A stretch of DNA of 64,000 nucleotides from Acidobacteriota bacterium (GTDB lineage: Bacteria > Acidobacteriota > Thermoanaerobaculia > Gp7-AA8), in assembly GCA_019244185.1 (NCBI GenBank), contig JAFATB010000014.1, forward strand, positions 96,001-160,000. Direction: 5' to 3'. This document shows, piece by piece, positions 8,952 through 19,400 of the stretch. Each line of letters begins with the position of its first letter. The first letter of the stretch is position 1. The notes under the pieces are model-generated. The model searched no databases, was not told where the DNA came from, and saw only the letters and a program-made list of their open reading frames with translations. Made by a program: the position numbers and the translations under genes.

Positions 8952-10007
8952 ATGCGCAAATTCGTCGTCTGTGCTCTGGTGATGTTCGCGGCCGCCGTTG
9001 CGTCCGCGGCCGATCTGCAACTCACGAAAGAGACGCTGGCGGACGGCGTGTATCTCTTCCGCGCGCCGTCGGATCTCGATCTGTGGACGGCGACGAACGT
9101 CGTGGCCGTCGTCGGCGACCGCGACGTGACGGTGTTCGACACGTGCACGCGCCCGGTCACCGCGCGCATGGTCATCGCGGAGATTCGCAAGATCACGGAC
9201 AAGCCGGTGCGCACGATCATCAACTCGCACTGGCACATGGACCACTGGATGGGCAACGCGGAGTTCGCGAAGGCGTATCCTGGCGTCGAGATCATCGCCA
9301 CGGAAGAGACGCGCGCGTACATGCAGCGCATGGGCAACGCGTTCTTCTCCGGCTCGATCGCGAAGGGTGTGGCGCGGCGGCGCGCCGACCTCGCGAACGC
9401 GACGAGCGACGCGCAGCGCAAGCAGCTCGAAGACGAGATCGCGTTGTACGACGCGTTCGCGAAGGAGAGCGCCGAGGTGCCGCACGTGCTGCCGACGCTG
9501 ACGTATCGGGAGGAGCTCACGTTCTGGCGCGGCAAGCGCGAGTTCCGGCTGATGAGCGTCGTGGGCGACGCGACGGGATCGACGGCGCTGTTTCTGCCCG
9601 CGGAGAAAATCCTCGTCACCGGCGACGCGCTCGTGCATCCCGAGAGCGGCGACGGACCGCCGCCGTGGACGACGAACTCGTACGCGATCACGCCGTGGCT
9701 GGCCACGCTGCGGAAGTTCCAGGCGCTCGACGCGCGCGTGATCGTCCCGGGTCAGGGGCCGGCGTTTCACGACGAGGCGTATCTCGATCTGACCGCGGAG
9801 CTCTACCAGTCGATCCTCGATCAGGTGCACGGCGCGATGGAGCGCGGGCTGACGACGCTGGCGGACATTCAGGCGGCGGTGAACGTCGATGCGATCGGCC
9901 TGCGCTACACGCCGGGAGCGACGGCCCCCGATCCCGACTTCAAGCGTCTCGTCGGCGTGCTGACGAAGAAGGCGGCGCAGGAGGCGTTCGACGGCGTGGA
10001 GCGCTGA
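8952..10007 (+). CDS. Secreted MBL-fold metallo-hydrolase (351 aa)
   Basis: Signal peptide; HxHxDH motif SHWHMDH; TGD motif. Confidence 0.85.
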   Translation: MRKFVVCALVMFAAAVASAADLQLTKETLADGVYLFRAPSDLDLWTATNVVAVVGDRDVTVFDTCTRPVTARMVIAEIRKITDKPVRTIINSHWHMDHWMGNAEFAKAYPGVEIIATEETRAYMQRMGNAFFSGSIAKGVARRRADLANATSDAQRKQLEDEIALYDAFAKESAEVPHVLPTLTYREELTFWRGKREFRLMSVVGDATGSTALFLPAEKILVTGDALVHPESGDGPPPWTTNSYAITPWLATLRKFQALDARVIVPGQGPAFHDEAYLDLTAELYQSILDQVHGAMERGLTTLADIQAAVNVDAIGLRYTPGATAPDPDFKRLVGVLTKKAAQEAFDGVER

Positions 10008-10025
10008 GCGTCATTTGCTGAGCGG

Positions 10026-11609
10026 TCATTTGCGCGCGTCGAGCTTCAGCCGCAGCCCGTTCTTCGCCGTGCCGACCGGATTTCCCTGCACGTCGACGTA
10101 GAGCGTCGCGCCGCGCGCGGTGGTGATGGCGATGTCCAACTTCGTGTCGTGATTGCGATCGGCGACGTGCAGGCTGGCGATGGTCTCCGTGCGCGGCATC
10201 AGGTGTCCCGACCAGAGCGGCTTCGCGTCGCGCAGCTTCTTGGGATCGTAGACGAGCACGCGGTTCGCGCCCGCGACGGCGATGCGCGGCGCGTAGTGCG
10301 GACCGGCGCGGTAGATCTCGACGGCGCGCAGTTTCTCGGGCGCCTCGCACGTGTCGCCGCGGCCTCCTTCCGCATCGTAAATGGCGATGTGCCCACCCCA
10401 CAGCGCGACGAAATGGTGATGACCGTTGCGGAACAGATCGCCCGCGGTGAGCTCGCGCAGCGGCTCGGGTCCGGTGATCGTCCAGACGCGCGTGCCGATG
10501 CGGTCGAAGCCGATGAGTGCTTTGCGCGTGCCGGCGACGATGGTGCCGTCGGCCTGCGCGGTGTGCGTGATCGGAGCCTCGACGTCGTTGCGCCAGAGCA
10601 GCTTGCGCGGCGACTTGAGAAAGGTGCGAAGCGTATGTCCACTCGCAACCACGATGACAGGCGGTGGAGGCGGAACGCTGCAATCGGCGAGCGGCATGTT
10701 CTTGGCCTCGCCGTCGAGGCTGATCTGCGTCGCCGAGCCGATCGCGTGGTCGACGTGGTCGCGGATCCACTTGCGCACGCTGCGCTCGACGTACGCGTGC
10801 AGCGTCGTCGCGGTCACGCGCTTCCGTAACGTCGTGGCGTTGCACTGCAGCCCTTCCATCACCGCGGCGGTGAAGACGCCGTTGCGCCGGTCCGGATCGT
10901 CGTATGCGGCGCCTACGGTCGAGAGCACGACCTGTCCGTGGACGCGCGGCATCTGCTTCGCGAGCGTCATCCCCGCGTACGACAGCGCGTCGACGCCGCG
11001 GCTGCCGGCGATGCGCTGCTTGCACGCGTCGATGAGGATGAGCGAGCGCGGCACGCGGTGCGCGGCGATGACGTCGAGCAGCGCCGCGGTCGACACCGGT
11101 TGTCCCGACGCCGCCACGACGTGCTGGATGCCGCCGCGGACGAAGCCGTGCGTCGCGAACGAGACGATGAGAAAGCCGTGGCTGCCCGCGATCGCCGCCT
11201 GCTGCCCGGCGAGGGCGAGGATGTGGTGCGGCTCGGCTTTCGCGACGCGCGCGCCGGCGCGGATCAACTCGCGCAGCCGGTTGCTTGACTCCGGTTTGTC
11301 CGGCGCGCCGGAGAGCGCGAGCACGATGCGCTGCGGCGGCACGAGGCGCACGCGGCGATCGAAGGCGAAGAGATACGCGAGATCGATCGCATCGTCGACG
11401 GCGTACGGGATCTCGCGCAACGCGCCGCGGTCGAAGGTGCGGATGCCGACGAAGAGCGCCGCCGCGCGGCCGCCGTCGGCCGGCGCGGACGTGCTAGCGT
11501 CGACGAGTGAGAGCGGCGTCACCGAGCGCTGTCCCGCAAACTCCGCGGCGCCGAATGCGGCCGATAGACAGGCGAAGGCGACGAACGTCCAGCGCTTCAC
11601 GGAGCTCAC
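10026..11609 (-). CDS. Signal-peptide-bearing caspase-like (C14) protease with C-terminal beta-rich region (527 aa)
   Basis: ALFVGI...YAVDDA N-terminal motif, catalytic His (ATHG) and Cys (IDAC). C-terminal FG-GAP-like segments (GDLFRNG, ADRNHDTKLD). N-terminal hydrophobic signal. Confidence 0.8.
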   Translation of the reverse strand: MSSVKRWTFVAFACLSAAFGAAEFAGQRSVTPLSLVDASTSAPADGGRAAALFVGIRTFDRGALREIPYAVDDAIDLAYLFAFDRRVRLVPPQRIVLALSGAPDKPESSNRLRELIRAGARVAKAEPHHILALAGQQAAIAGSHGFLIVSFATHGFVRGGIQHVVAASGQPVSTAALLDVIAAHRVPRSLILIDACKQRIAGSRGVDALSYAGMTLAKQMPRVHGQVVLSTVGAAYDDPDRRNGVFTAAVMEGLQCNATTLRKRVTATTLHAYVERSVRKWIRDHVDHAIGSATQISLDGEAKNMPLADCSVPPPPPVIVVASGHTLRTFLKSPRKLLWRNDVEAPITHTAQADGTIVAGTRKALIGFDRIGTRVWTITGPEPLRELTAGDLFRNGHHHFVALWGGHIAIYDAEGGRGDTCEAPEKLRAVEIYRAGPHYAPRIAVAGANRVLVYDPKKLRDAKPLWSGHLMPRTETIASLHVADRNHDTKLDIAITTARGATLYVDVQGNPVGTAKNGLRLKLDARK

Positions 11610-12670
11610 ACGATACCGTTGCCCTGCGTCTGCGCCGTGACGCCGCCGAGGAATCGCACCGCCGCCGCGAATCCTTCTGCGATCCCCGATTGCGACACCT
11701 GCACGACTTCCTGCAAGCCGCCCGCGCTGCGCAGCTGCAGTTCGTCATAGAGGCAGATCGGCAGCCGCGGATTGCTGGCGAAGCGGCGATCCGGACCTCC
11801 GTCGCGGTTGACGTAACGCCAGGTGTAACCGACGACCAGGGCGTCGAACGGCGCGGGAGGGGTTTGGATCATCCGCGACTCGGTGACGCTGAGCTCGAGC
11901 GAGCGGTATGCGAGCGCGCCGATGCTGCGGCCGTCGTCGATGAGCAGGCGATCGGGTAGGAAATAGAGCGTTCGCGCGCCCAGGGCGAGGCTGGGGATCG
12001 CGACATTCGTGCGTAGATAGGGCGGTGCGGCGAAGCGCATGCGCGTGAGCTCGCGCGGCACCAGCGGACTCGCGCCGGCGTTGTACTTCCAGTCGTACAC
12101 GCCGCCCGATGCCTCCACGTGCCAGAGCCGCTCCGACACCGCGAGCGCCTGCGACCACTCGAGCAGGCGGTGAAACGCCTCCGCCGCCTGCGACTGAAGG
12201 TCGTACAGGACGACGACGTGCCTACGCCGCACGTCGCTGTACTTCGCCGCCGCGATCGCGGCGATGCCGACGGCGAACGCGAACAAGATGAAATCGGCCG
12301 ATCCCGTCGAAGCAGCGTAGAGGAAGAAGAGAAACGCGCCGACGATCACCGGCAGCGTGATTCTGGTCGCGCTCCGCGCCGCGCGAATTTGTTCGAGGAG
12401 CTGCATCGAGGACGAGTCGGCGAGCGACGCCGCGTCAGGGCCGCTCGTCTGCAGCGGCAAGAGCGCCGGCGTTGCGACGCGCGTGGGTGCATGCGCGCGC
12501 GGCAGCGTGTGGTGATACGACACGCCGCCGAGGCCCATGCGCACGTAGTTGCCGCGCGGTCCGGTGCCGACGCGGAAGCCGCGCACGCCGACGGACATGC
12601 CGACGCCGGAGCCGGAGAGATTGAAGCGGAACGGACCGACGGAGACGCTCTTGCGGTACGAAAAGCCCAT
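11606..12670 (-). CDS. DUF4236-domain membrane protein (354 aa)
   Basis: N-terminus MGFSYRKSVSVGPFRFNLSGSGVGMSVGVRG is typical of DUF4236; two TM helices mid-protein. Confidence 0.8.
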   Translation of the reverse strand: MGFSYRKSVSVGPFRFNLSGSGVGMSVGVRGFRVGTGPRGNYVRMGLGGVSYHHTLPRAHAPTRVATPALLPLQTSGPDAASLADSSSMQLLEQIRAARSATRITLPVIVGAFLFFLYAASTGSADFILFAFAVGIAAIAAAKYSDVRRRHVVVLYDLQSQAAEAFHRLLEWSQALAVSERLWHVEASGGVYDWKYNAGASPLVPRELTRMRFAAPPYLRTNVAIPSLALGARTLYFLPDRLLIDDGRSIGALAYRSLELSVTESRMIQTPPAPFDALVVGYTWRYVNRDGGPDRRFASNPRLPICLYDELQLRSAGGLQEVVQVSQSGIAEGFAAAVRFLGGVTAQTQGNGIV

Positions 12671-12676
12671 GCGCCG

Positions 12677-14884
12677 TCAGACACCGCCGCCTCGCTTTTG
12701 TGGCGTCGACTCCCACGTCGTCCGCTCAATCGACCAGTTCGACGGCGTGACGACGGCGCGCGTGGAGCTGCCGAGCGACGCGAGTAGCTCTTCGAGCGGT
12801 GTCGACGGCCGCGTGCCGTTCGACCGCACGCCGTTCCATTCGAGAAGCGACGGATTCGGCAGCGGCTGATCGGTGGTCAGCAGCACGTACGTGTCGACGC
12901 CGTACGGCGGCGAGACCTCGAAAGCGCAGAGCGGGATCTCGGCGGGCGGCGCTACCGACGGGTCGATCGGGAAGCGGTTCTCCACCGAGCCGCTCGCGGC
13001 GCGCGGATAAAGAAGGATGCTCTGGCCGCGGCTGTCGATCACGAAGAGGTAGACGAAGCGGCCGTCGACGCGCGGCGGCAGATTCACGCCGCGCAGCACC
13101 GCCTGATAGCGCTCGTGTCCCATGACGCTCGTTCCGTGCACGAGCGCGTTGTCGTGCGCGCGCCGCAACGCGAGGTGATACGGCGAGCGCGCCGCGGGCG
13201 GCGAGTCGAGCAGTTGCCACGCGGCGATGCGGCGCAGGCGGAGCGCGGTGTCGCGCAGCGTCTCCGCGTCGCTCGTCCACGCGCTGCGCACCGGCAGGCC
13301 CGACTTGCGGCGATCCGCGCGCGTGACGCCGGGGCGGATCCACGCGTACGCGAGCCGCCCGTTCACGAAGCGTCCGGTGAGGATGTAGTCGGCCTCGGCG
13401 GGATCGTTCGCGACATCGTTCGGCGGAATGGCGAGCCGTTCGACGATGGCCTGCGGCGCGGGCAGCTGCACGAAGAGCGACGCGCCTTCCGGCACCGCGC
13501 GCACGGCGTTCTCCGCGCCGTCGGTATCCGGCGTGAACGCCGTTGACGCGCCGCGCGGGCGCAGGAGCTCCCACTGCTCGTTACCGCGTCGCAGCACGTA
13601 CTGCGGCGTCGTGGCGGTGGGATCGTGAATCCAGCGCAGACCGCGTTGCGCCGCGATGCGCGTGAGCGCGCGCGCGAGTCCGCCGATCGAGACTTCGCCC
13701 AGCGCGACTTGCGGCAGCGCGACGCGCAGCGGTCGCGCGGGCGCGGCGAGCCAGCCGGACGGTTCGAGCAACGTCCCGGCGTCGACGCGTCCTTCTTCCA
13801 CACGCGCCTCGGCATTGCCGAGTCCGACCAGCGCCGTGACGCGGACGCGCGTGCGCGGATCTCCGGCCACGCGCAGCACGCTGCCGGCGGAGAGTCCGTT
13901 CGCCCAGCCGCCCTGCAGCAGCACGTTGCCGTTCGCGAGGAGTTTGGCCACCGCGACGCGCGTGCGTTCGTCGCCACGTGCACTACGGCGTTCGTCACGC
14001 GTGCCGAGGAACGGCGTGTTGCGCGCGGAAGCAGTCGCGGCGAACACCGGCTCCTGAAACGGCATCTCCGTGCGCAGGCGCGCCTGCGTGCGCAGAAACA
14101 TCTCGAACGCCGACTCGTCCGGCGCGGCGTCGCGCATCGCGCGCATCCAGCCCCACGTGAACGCGCCGTGCAGATTGTTGCGGTCGTCGCGTTTCTCGCG
14201 CGCGTCCTCGAAGTCCTGCGACGCGGCGATGACGACGGCGCCGCGCGACTCCGGACGCGGTCCCGCGTCCGCGCCGTCGGCGACGTCGCGCTGATCGGGC
14301 TTGATGCCGCGCGCGACCGCGCCGGTCGGCAGTCCGCGCGCACCGGAGCCGCTGTGGCAGTCGTCGAGCATCACCGTGAGGCGCGCGCCGCGATCGAGGA
14401 CGCGGTTGAAGAGGCGGCGCAGTTCCTTGTCGCGGATGTCGGGCGCGCCGCGACGCGAGTCGGCGGGGACGATCGATTCGTCGAGATGATCCGGCTCGTC
14501 CGAGCGCGAGTTGCGCACCTGCGAGCCGTGGCCCGCGTAGTAGAAAAACACGATGTCGCCTTCGGCCGCCGTCGCGACGAGCTGCGTTTCGATCGCGCGC
14601 AGGATCGCCGCGCGCGTCGCCGCCTCATCGGTCAGCGTCACGATGTCCTGCAGTGCGAAGCCGCGCAACGCGACGAGCAACTGCCGCATCGCCTCGACGT
14701 CGTTGACCGCGCCGCCGAGGGGCGGCCAGTCGCGTTCCGGCGCGGCGGGTCCGAGCGACGGGAGATGCGAGGCCGAGTAGTCGTTGATGCCGACGAGCAG
14801 CGCGCGTTTGTGCGGCGCGGCGGCCGCGTCGTGGGCGAAGATCACGGCGCAGAGGAGCGCGAAACAGGCGTGCTTCAGCGACAT
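12677..14884 (-). CDS. Secreted metacaspase (C14) with C-terminal DUF4384-like domain (735 aa)
   Basis: Signal peptide MSLKHACFALLCAVIFAHDAAA. KRALLVGINDY, catalytic FYYAGHGS and LDDCHSG. C-terminal FVYLFVIDSRG...LLYP...PPYGVDTYVLLTT pattern. Confidence 0.85.
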   Translation of the reverse strand: MSLKHACFALLCAVIFAHDAAAAPHKRALLVGINDYSASHLPSLGPAAPERDWPPLGGAVNDVEAMRQLLVALRGFALQDIVTLTDEAATRAAILRAIETQLVATAAEGDIVFFYYAGHGSQVRNSRSDEPDHLDESIVPADSRRGAPDIRDKELRRLFNRVLDRGARLTVMLDDCHSGSGARGLPTGAVARGIKPDQRDVADGADAGPRPESRGAVVIAASQDFEDAREKRDDRNNLHGAFTWGWMRAMRDAAPDESAFEMFLRTQARLRTEMPFQEPVFAATASARNTPFLGTRDERRSARGDERTRVAVAKLLANGNVLLQGGWANGLSAGSVLRVAGDPRTRVRVTALVGLGNAEARVEEGRVDAGTLLEPSGWLAAPARPLRVALPQVALGEVSIGGLARALTRIAAQRGLRWIHDPTATTPQYVLRRGNEQWELLRPRGASTAFTPDTDGAENAVRAVPEGASLFVQLPAPQAIVERLAIPPNDVANDPAEADYILTGRFVNGRLAYAWIRPGVTRADRRKSGLPVRSAWTSDAETLRDTALRLRRIAAWQLLDSPPAARSPYHLALRRAHDNALVHGTSVMGHERYQAVLRGVNLPPRVDGRFVYLFVIDSRGQSILLYPRAASGSVENRFPIDPSVAPPAEIPLCAFEVSPPYGVDTYVLLTTDQPLPNPSLLEWNGVRSNGTRPSTPLEELLASLGSSTRAVVTPSNWSIERTTWESTPQKRGGGV

Positions 14885-15273
14885 TTGACGAGCCTCTCTG
14901 CTTCGTCCTGGGTCACGTCGCCGTACGTCCAGATGCATTTGGAGACGTCTTTGTAGGCGACGCCGCGGAATTCGTGCAGGCGCAGGAAGCGCTTCACGCC
15001 GCCGCCGTACGCGTCGTATTCGCCGGCGCCGTAGTGCATCGCTTCGATCATCGAGCCGTCGAGGATGATCCCGGTCTCGAGGAGCAGCACGCGGCAGTCG
15101 CGGCCGGCGGCGTTCGCGCGGATGTGCCACGCGTGGAAGCGCGACGCGTCGTACAGCTGGGCAAGCGACCGGGCCGCCGCGACGTGCTGGCCGGCGTTCG
15201 CGGCCGAGCGCTTCGCGGTGCATTGCGCGCCGCCGAGGATCAGGAGTGCGCCGAGGAGGAATGTGCGCGCCAA
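14875..15273 (-). CDS. Hypothetical exported/lipoprotein-like protein (about 132 aa)
   Basis: TTG start at 15273 with AAGGA RBS 7 nt upstream. Hydrophobic signal FLLGALLILGGAQC. Overlaps the metacaspase start. Confidence 0.6.
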   Translation of the reverse strand: MARTFLLGALLILGGAQCTAKRSAANAGQHVAAARSLAQLYDASRFHAWHIRANAAGRDCRVLLLETGIILDGSMIEAMHYGAGEYDAYGGGVKRFLRLHEFRGVAYKDVSKCIWTYGDVTQDEAERLVKCR

Positions 15274-15288
15274 GGGTTGATCCTTTCG

Positions 15289-15322
15289 AAAAGGTGCGCC
15301 GCCCGTTGCCGGGCGGCGCACC
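15289..15322 (-). terminator. Intrinsic terminator
   Basis: Minus strand GGTGCGCCGCCCG-GCAA-CGGGCGGCGCACC-TTTT, 13-bp perfect stem, just after the stop of the 358-aa gene. Confidence 0.75.
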
Positions 15323-15334
15323 GCGGAAACGAAA

Positions 15335-16411
15335 TCAGTGCGTCGGCGGGCAGAGGATGCGGTCGTCGGGGCCGCGGCCGACGTTGAGGCGCAGTCCGTT
15401 CAGCAGATCGGACCAGAGCTCCGTCGTCGGGTGGATCGTCGCCCAGCTGACCTGCGGATACGAGCCGACGGTGGACGCGGGACCGGCGAACGGCACGAGG
15501 CGCTCTTCGCGCGCCGGCGCGTTGTCGGCGAGGTCGTAGTACAGCTCGAAGTGCTTGCCGGGCGCGGGCGACGGATTGCCGGTCGTCAGCGGCGGCGTGC
15601 GCGACGGCAGGTTCACCACCGCGAGCTCGATCTTGCCGTCTTCGTCGGGCGTGAGGTGCATCGTGCGTCCCGGATCGCCGTCGAACTTCGTCTCGACGAG
15701 ATCGATGCTGTCGCCGGTGACCTCGATGTCCGCGCCGACCCACGTGGCGATCGCCTGCGAGTACGTCGAGACGCTGCCGGTGCCGTCGAGGCGGCGGAAG
15801 TTCACGGGCGTGACGTCGCTGCCGATGCGCGCGACGGAGTACGTGAAGAGGTTCCCCGAGCGCAGTTTGAAGCGCGCCACCACGAGCCCCTCGGGCGGCG
15901 TCGACGAGGTGAGCGCCGACTTGAACGTGCAGTCGGGGCAGATGGACTGAAGCGCGGCCACCCACGAGAAGTCGCGGCGCTCGGTGGCCGTCGTCGGAAT
16001 GACGGACGTCACCCCGTTGACGACCGCGCGGTCGCCGGTCTCGATGGTGAGCGACGGCAGATCGGCGGCCGACGTGCTGCCTTTGCGCAGCGTGAGATCG
16101 GAGGCGTCGAGCAGCCACGCACCGCCGCCATCGATGGCTGCCTCGAGCGACGCGAGCGCCGCCGTCGACGACTGATCGGGATACATGAACGCCGCAATGG
16201 CGCTGTCGTTGGTCGGGCAATCGCCCGTGCAGCTGCCGCCGCGCGCGAAGACGAGCGGTTTGTGCGGCGGCAACGCGGTGCCGTCCGACATGTGGTAATG
16301 CTGCGCGCAATCGCCCGCGCTGAGCAGCACGACGTCCATTTCCGTCCCGTTCTGCGACGGAATGAATGCAATGAGACCACTGAAAACGATGTGCAGAATG
16401 AAACTACCCAC
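15335..16411 (-). CDS. Hypothetical beta-rich Cys/His-containing protein downstream of CHAT gene (358 aa)
   Basis: GTG start at 16411 with AGGAG RBS, 19 nt after the CHAT stop. Protein-like composition; no recognised domain. Confidence 0.75.
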   Translation of the reverse strand: MGSFILHIVFSGLIAFIPSQNGTEMDVVLLSAGDCAQHYHMSDGTALPPHKPLVFARGGSCTGDCPTNDSAIAAFMYPDQSSTAALASLEAAIDGGGAWLLDASDLTLRKGSTSAADLPSLTIETGDRAVVNGVTSVIPTTATERRDFSWVAALQSICPDCTFKSALTSSTPPEGLVVARFKLRSGNLFTYSVARIGSDVTPVNFRRLDGTGSVSTYSQAIATWVGADIEVTGDSIDLVETKFDGDPGRTMHLTPDEDGKIELAVVNLPSRTPPLTTGNPSPAPGKHFELYYDLADNAPAREERLVPFAGPASTVGSYPQVSWATIHPTTELWSDLLNGLRLNVGRGPDDRILCPPTH

Positions 16412-16430
16412 GGTTGTTCTCCTTTTTCGT

Positions 16431-19400
16431 TTACCGCGCGGGCGCGAACGGTGACGAGCCATGGCCGATCACCTGAAACGGAGCCCACACGAGCACCGAC
16501 TGGAGGCCGGAGGAGTTGTTTTTCCGGAGCAGTTCGATTTGCGCTTTCTGCATCGCCACTGCCGCGTCGTCGCCCATCCTGTAGTGCTGATGGAAAGACA
16601 CGAGCAGGGGCTCCACTGTGGCGTCGCCGATGTTCCATAACGTCCCGACGACGGCTGGGACGCCATTGGCGATGAGCGGCCGTACGAGCGGACCGACGCC
16701 TTCCGCGCCGACCGGCATACCGGCCGCGCTGCTGCACGCCGCGAGCACGACCAGCCGCGCGCGCCCCGGCTTCAATTGCGACAGCAGATGAGCGGCGTCG
16801 AGAGCGCCTGGTTGTCCCGGCGTCTGCGCGAAATGCAATGAGGAACTGGAAGGCGTCTGTGCGTCGACGATCGCGTGCGCGGCGACATGAACGATCGCAT
16901 CGTCGCGGACGCCTGTAATGAACGCGTCCGCCGTGGCGTCCGCTCCCGTCCGCACGACCGCCCCTGCATACGATTGCGCGATCGCGTGCACTTCCGCCTC
17001 GGCACCGGGCAAATGCGCGCCGTCCGGATTCCCGATCAGCAGCGCCGACGTGTCGCGCGGTAATTGCGCGTCGCGCGTGACCGACAGCGTGTACAGTGCC
17101 GCGCTCCCGGCCGTTTCGACCGGAGCATCTTCAATGACATAGCGGCGCGTCTCCGGATTGCGCAGCGCGGAAAACGGCAATCCGTACATCGGTCCGTCCG
17201 GCACGAATACCAGCCGCGCGGCGCCGTTCGTCATTTGTGCCACGGCGCGCAACGGCTCGGCGAGCAAGGCGTCGTATGCGGCGAACAGCGTGGCATCGAG
17301 TGTCGTCGTATCGCGCGTCGGCACCGCGCGCGACAACGCATTGTTCCAGCGCTCGACGTCGCGCTGCCGCACGCCGAGCGGGAGCAATCGCCACGCGTCG
17401 CGGCTGATGACCCACGCGTACGTGCGGTCCTCCATCACCGTGTATTCAATGAGAAACGTTCCGGGCGGCAAGGTGCGCTGCAGCGCGGGCAGGTCGAGCT
17501 GGCTCGGCGCGTTCGGCGGCGGCGCGAGCTTCAAGGCGAGATTGAGCGGCTCGAACGCGCGCGAGCGGTCGGCATAGACGAACGCCTCCGCCTGCCGGTT
17601 CGTCTCGATCAGCTCGCGGATGAGGACGTGATACGCGTCCTCAAAGCGCGAGAAGTAATCGCTCCAGAGGATGTCCTCCCCGCCGCGGACGCGCTTCTCG
17701 AGGACGCGCGCTTCCTCCTGATGGAGCAGGTCGAGCGCCGCGCGCAGATCGGCCTCGCTCTCCCGCTCCAGCCCGGCGCGCCGTTCCGCCGCGGCGCGTT
17801 GTGCATAAAGGGACGCGCGAAACGCGCTGTATTCGAGGCCGCGCGAGAGATCGATGGCGGACGTGAACGCGGCCACGGCGCGTCGCGGATCGCGCGGTGC
17901 ATAGGCCTGAGCTTCCACCTCGGCAATGCGCGCGTCGAGCGCGACGCGGTATTGCGGAGAAGGATCTCTTGCGCTGAGCCGCCTGGCTTCGGCGAGATCC
18001 TGCAATGCGGCATGGTTGTGGCCGGTCAGGAGCTGATAGTCGGCGCGCCGGCGGAGTGCAATGGCGATGTTCGTCTGCAGATACGCGATCGCCACGAGCC
18101 GGTCGGGCGGCGTTTCGACGGACATCTGCTGGACGAAGCGGACGCCTTCATTGGCGTACTGCAGTGCGGCTTGCGGATGGCCGAGGGCAAGCGCCGATGC
18201 GGCCGATTCACCGAGGACGAGGTGCCGGTCGCGCGGTTGTCCGAGGAAGCGGCGATTGCGAACGGTGGCGAGCGCGTCGCTCCAGCCGCGCTCGGACTGG
18301 CCGAGGACGCGCAGGATGCCGAAGCGGCGCGTGGCGGTCGCGGTGAGACCTTCCGGATCGTGCAGCCGCCGGTACATCGCGCTGGCCTCGTCATAATGGG
18401 CCAGCGCCTCGAGATGCCGGTCCTGTTGCCAGAGCTGATACCCGGCGCCGGAAGTGAGCCACGCCTCGATGTTGGCGTAACCCCGCGCGTGCGTCTCGCG
18501 GCGCATGGCCTCGATCGCCGCGACGTCCTTCTTGGAGAAGGCCAGCCCGCCTCGGGCGTACAGAGCCGCGGGACTGCCGCCGAGCTGTAATTGCGGGACC
18601 GCCGCCGCGTAATACGTGTTGATACCGGGAAACGTCGTAATGCGCCCGTCGCGCAGCGCCGCGTAGCCCGCCTTCAATGCCGCGCGTTGCGCCGGATTCG
18701 CGGACGCCACCGCCGCGATCTCGTCGCGCGCGTAATGATTTCCGGTGATCCGCGTCCATGCGTCGGCGAGCGTGCGCGCATAAGGCAATTGATCGGGCAG
18801 CAGCTCGTCTTCCATGTACAGCAGCGCGCTCGACGGATGCAGGCGGACGATGCGCTCGACCGCGCGGCGGTCGCCGGCGCGCAGCGCGGCGTGGAGCCAC
18901 CGCGGCGACCATTGTTCGTCCCTCTGTTGTTGCAGCCGCCGCAGACGCTCGCGGGAGGTGGCGTCCTCGTTCTGCAGCGCGCCGAAGATCGCCATTGCGT
19001 CGGTCGTTAATCCCAGCGCTTCCTCGCACAAGGCGAGATTGAAGCGCGCGGCGGCCGGCGGCGGGATCGCGTTCGCGGCGTGAAACGCGGCGTCGAAGGC
19101 ATTGAGGTAATCGGCGGGCCGGTTCTGCCGCTGCGCGCGGATGTAATACGCGGCGGCGAGATCGCTCATGGCCGTGGCGTCGCGGTCGGCGAAATTCTTC
19201 AATGCCGCGATGCCGGCGTCGCTGCACGCCGTCTGGGCAATGGCCACGGAGACCGCCTGCTGCTCGGTGCGGATCGGGCGGCAATCCTTCTGGTCGGCAA
19301 GGCTCCAGTCGACCTCGACGCTCAGGCGCGGCTCGAGCCCCCACTCTTTGCGCGCATTCGTGTCTGACTTGGTGCAGTCGATCGATAGACTGCAGAGGAC

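Noticed and set aside
8952-10007. Metallo-beta-lactamase resistance gene
   Set aside because: Fold-level motif only, with two canonical His ligands apparently replaced.
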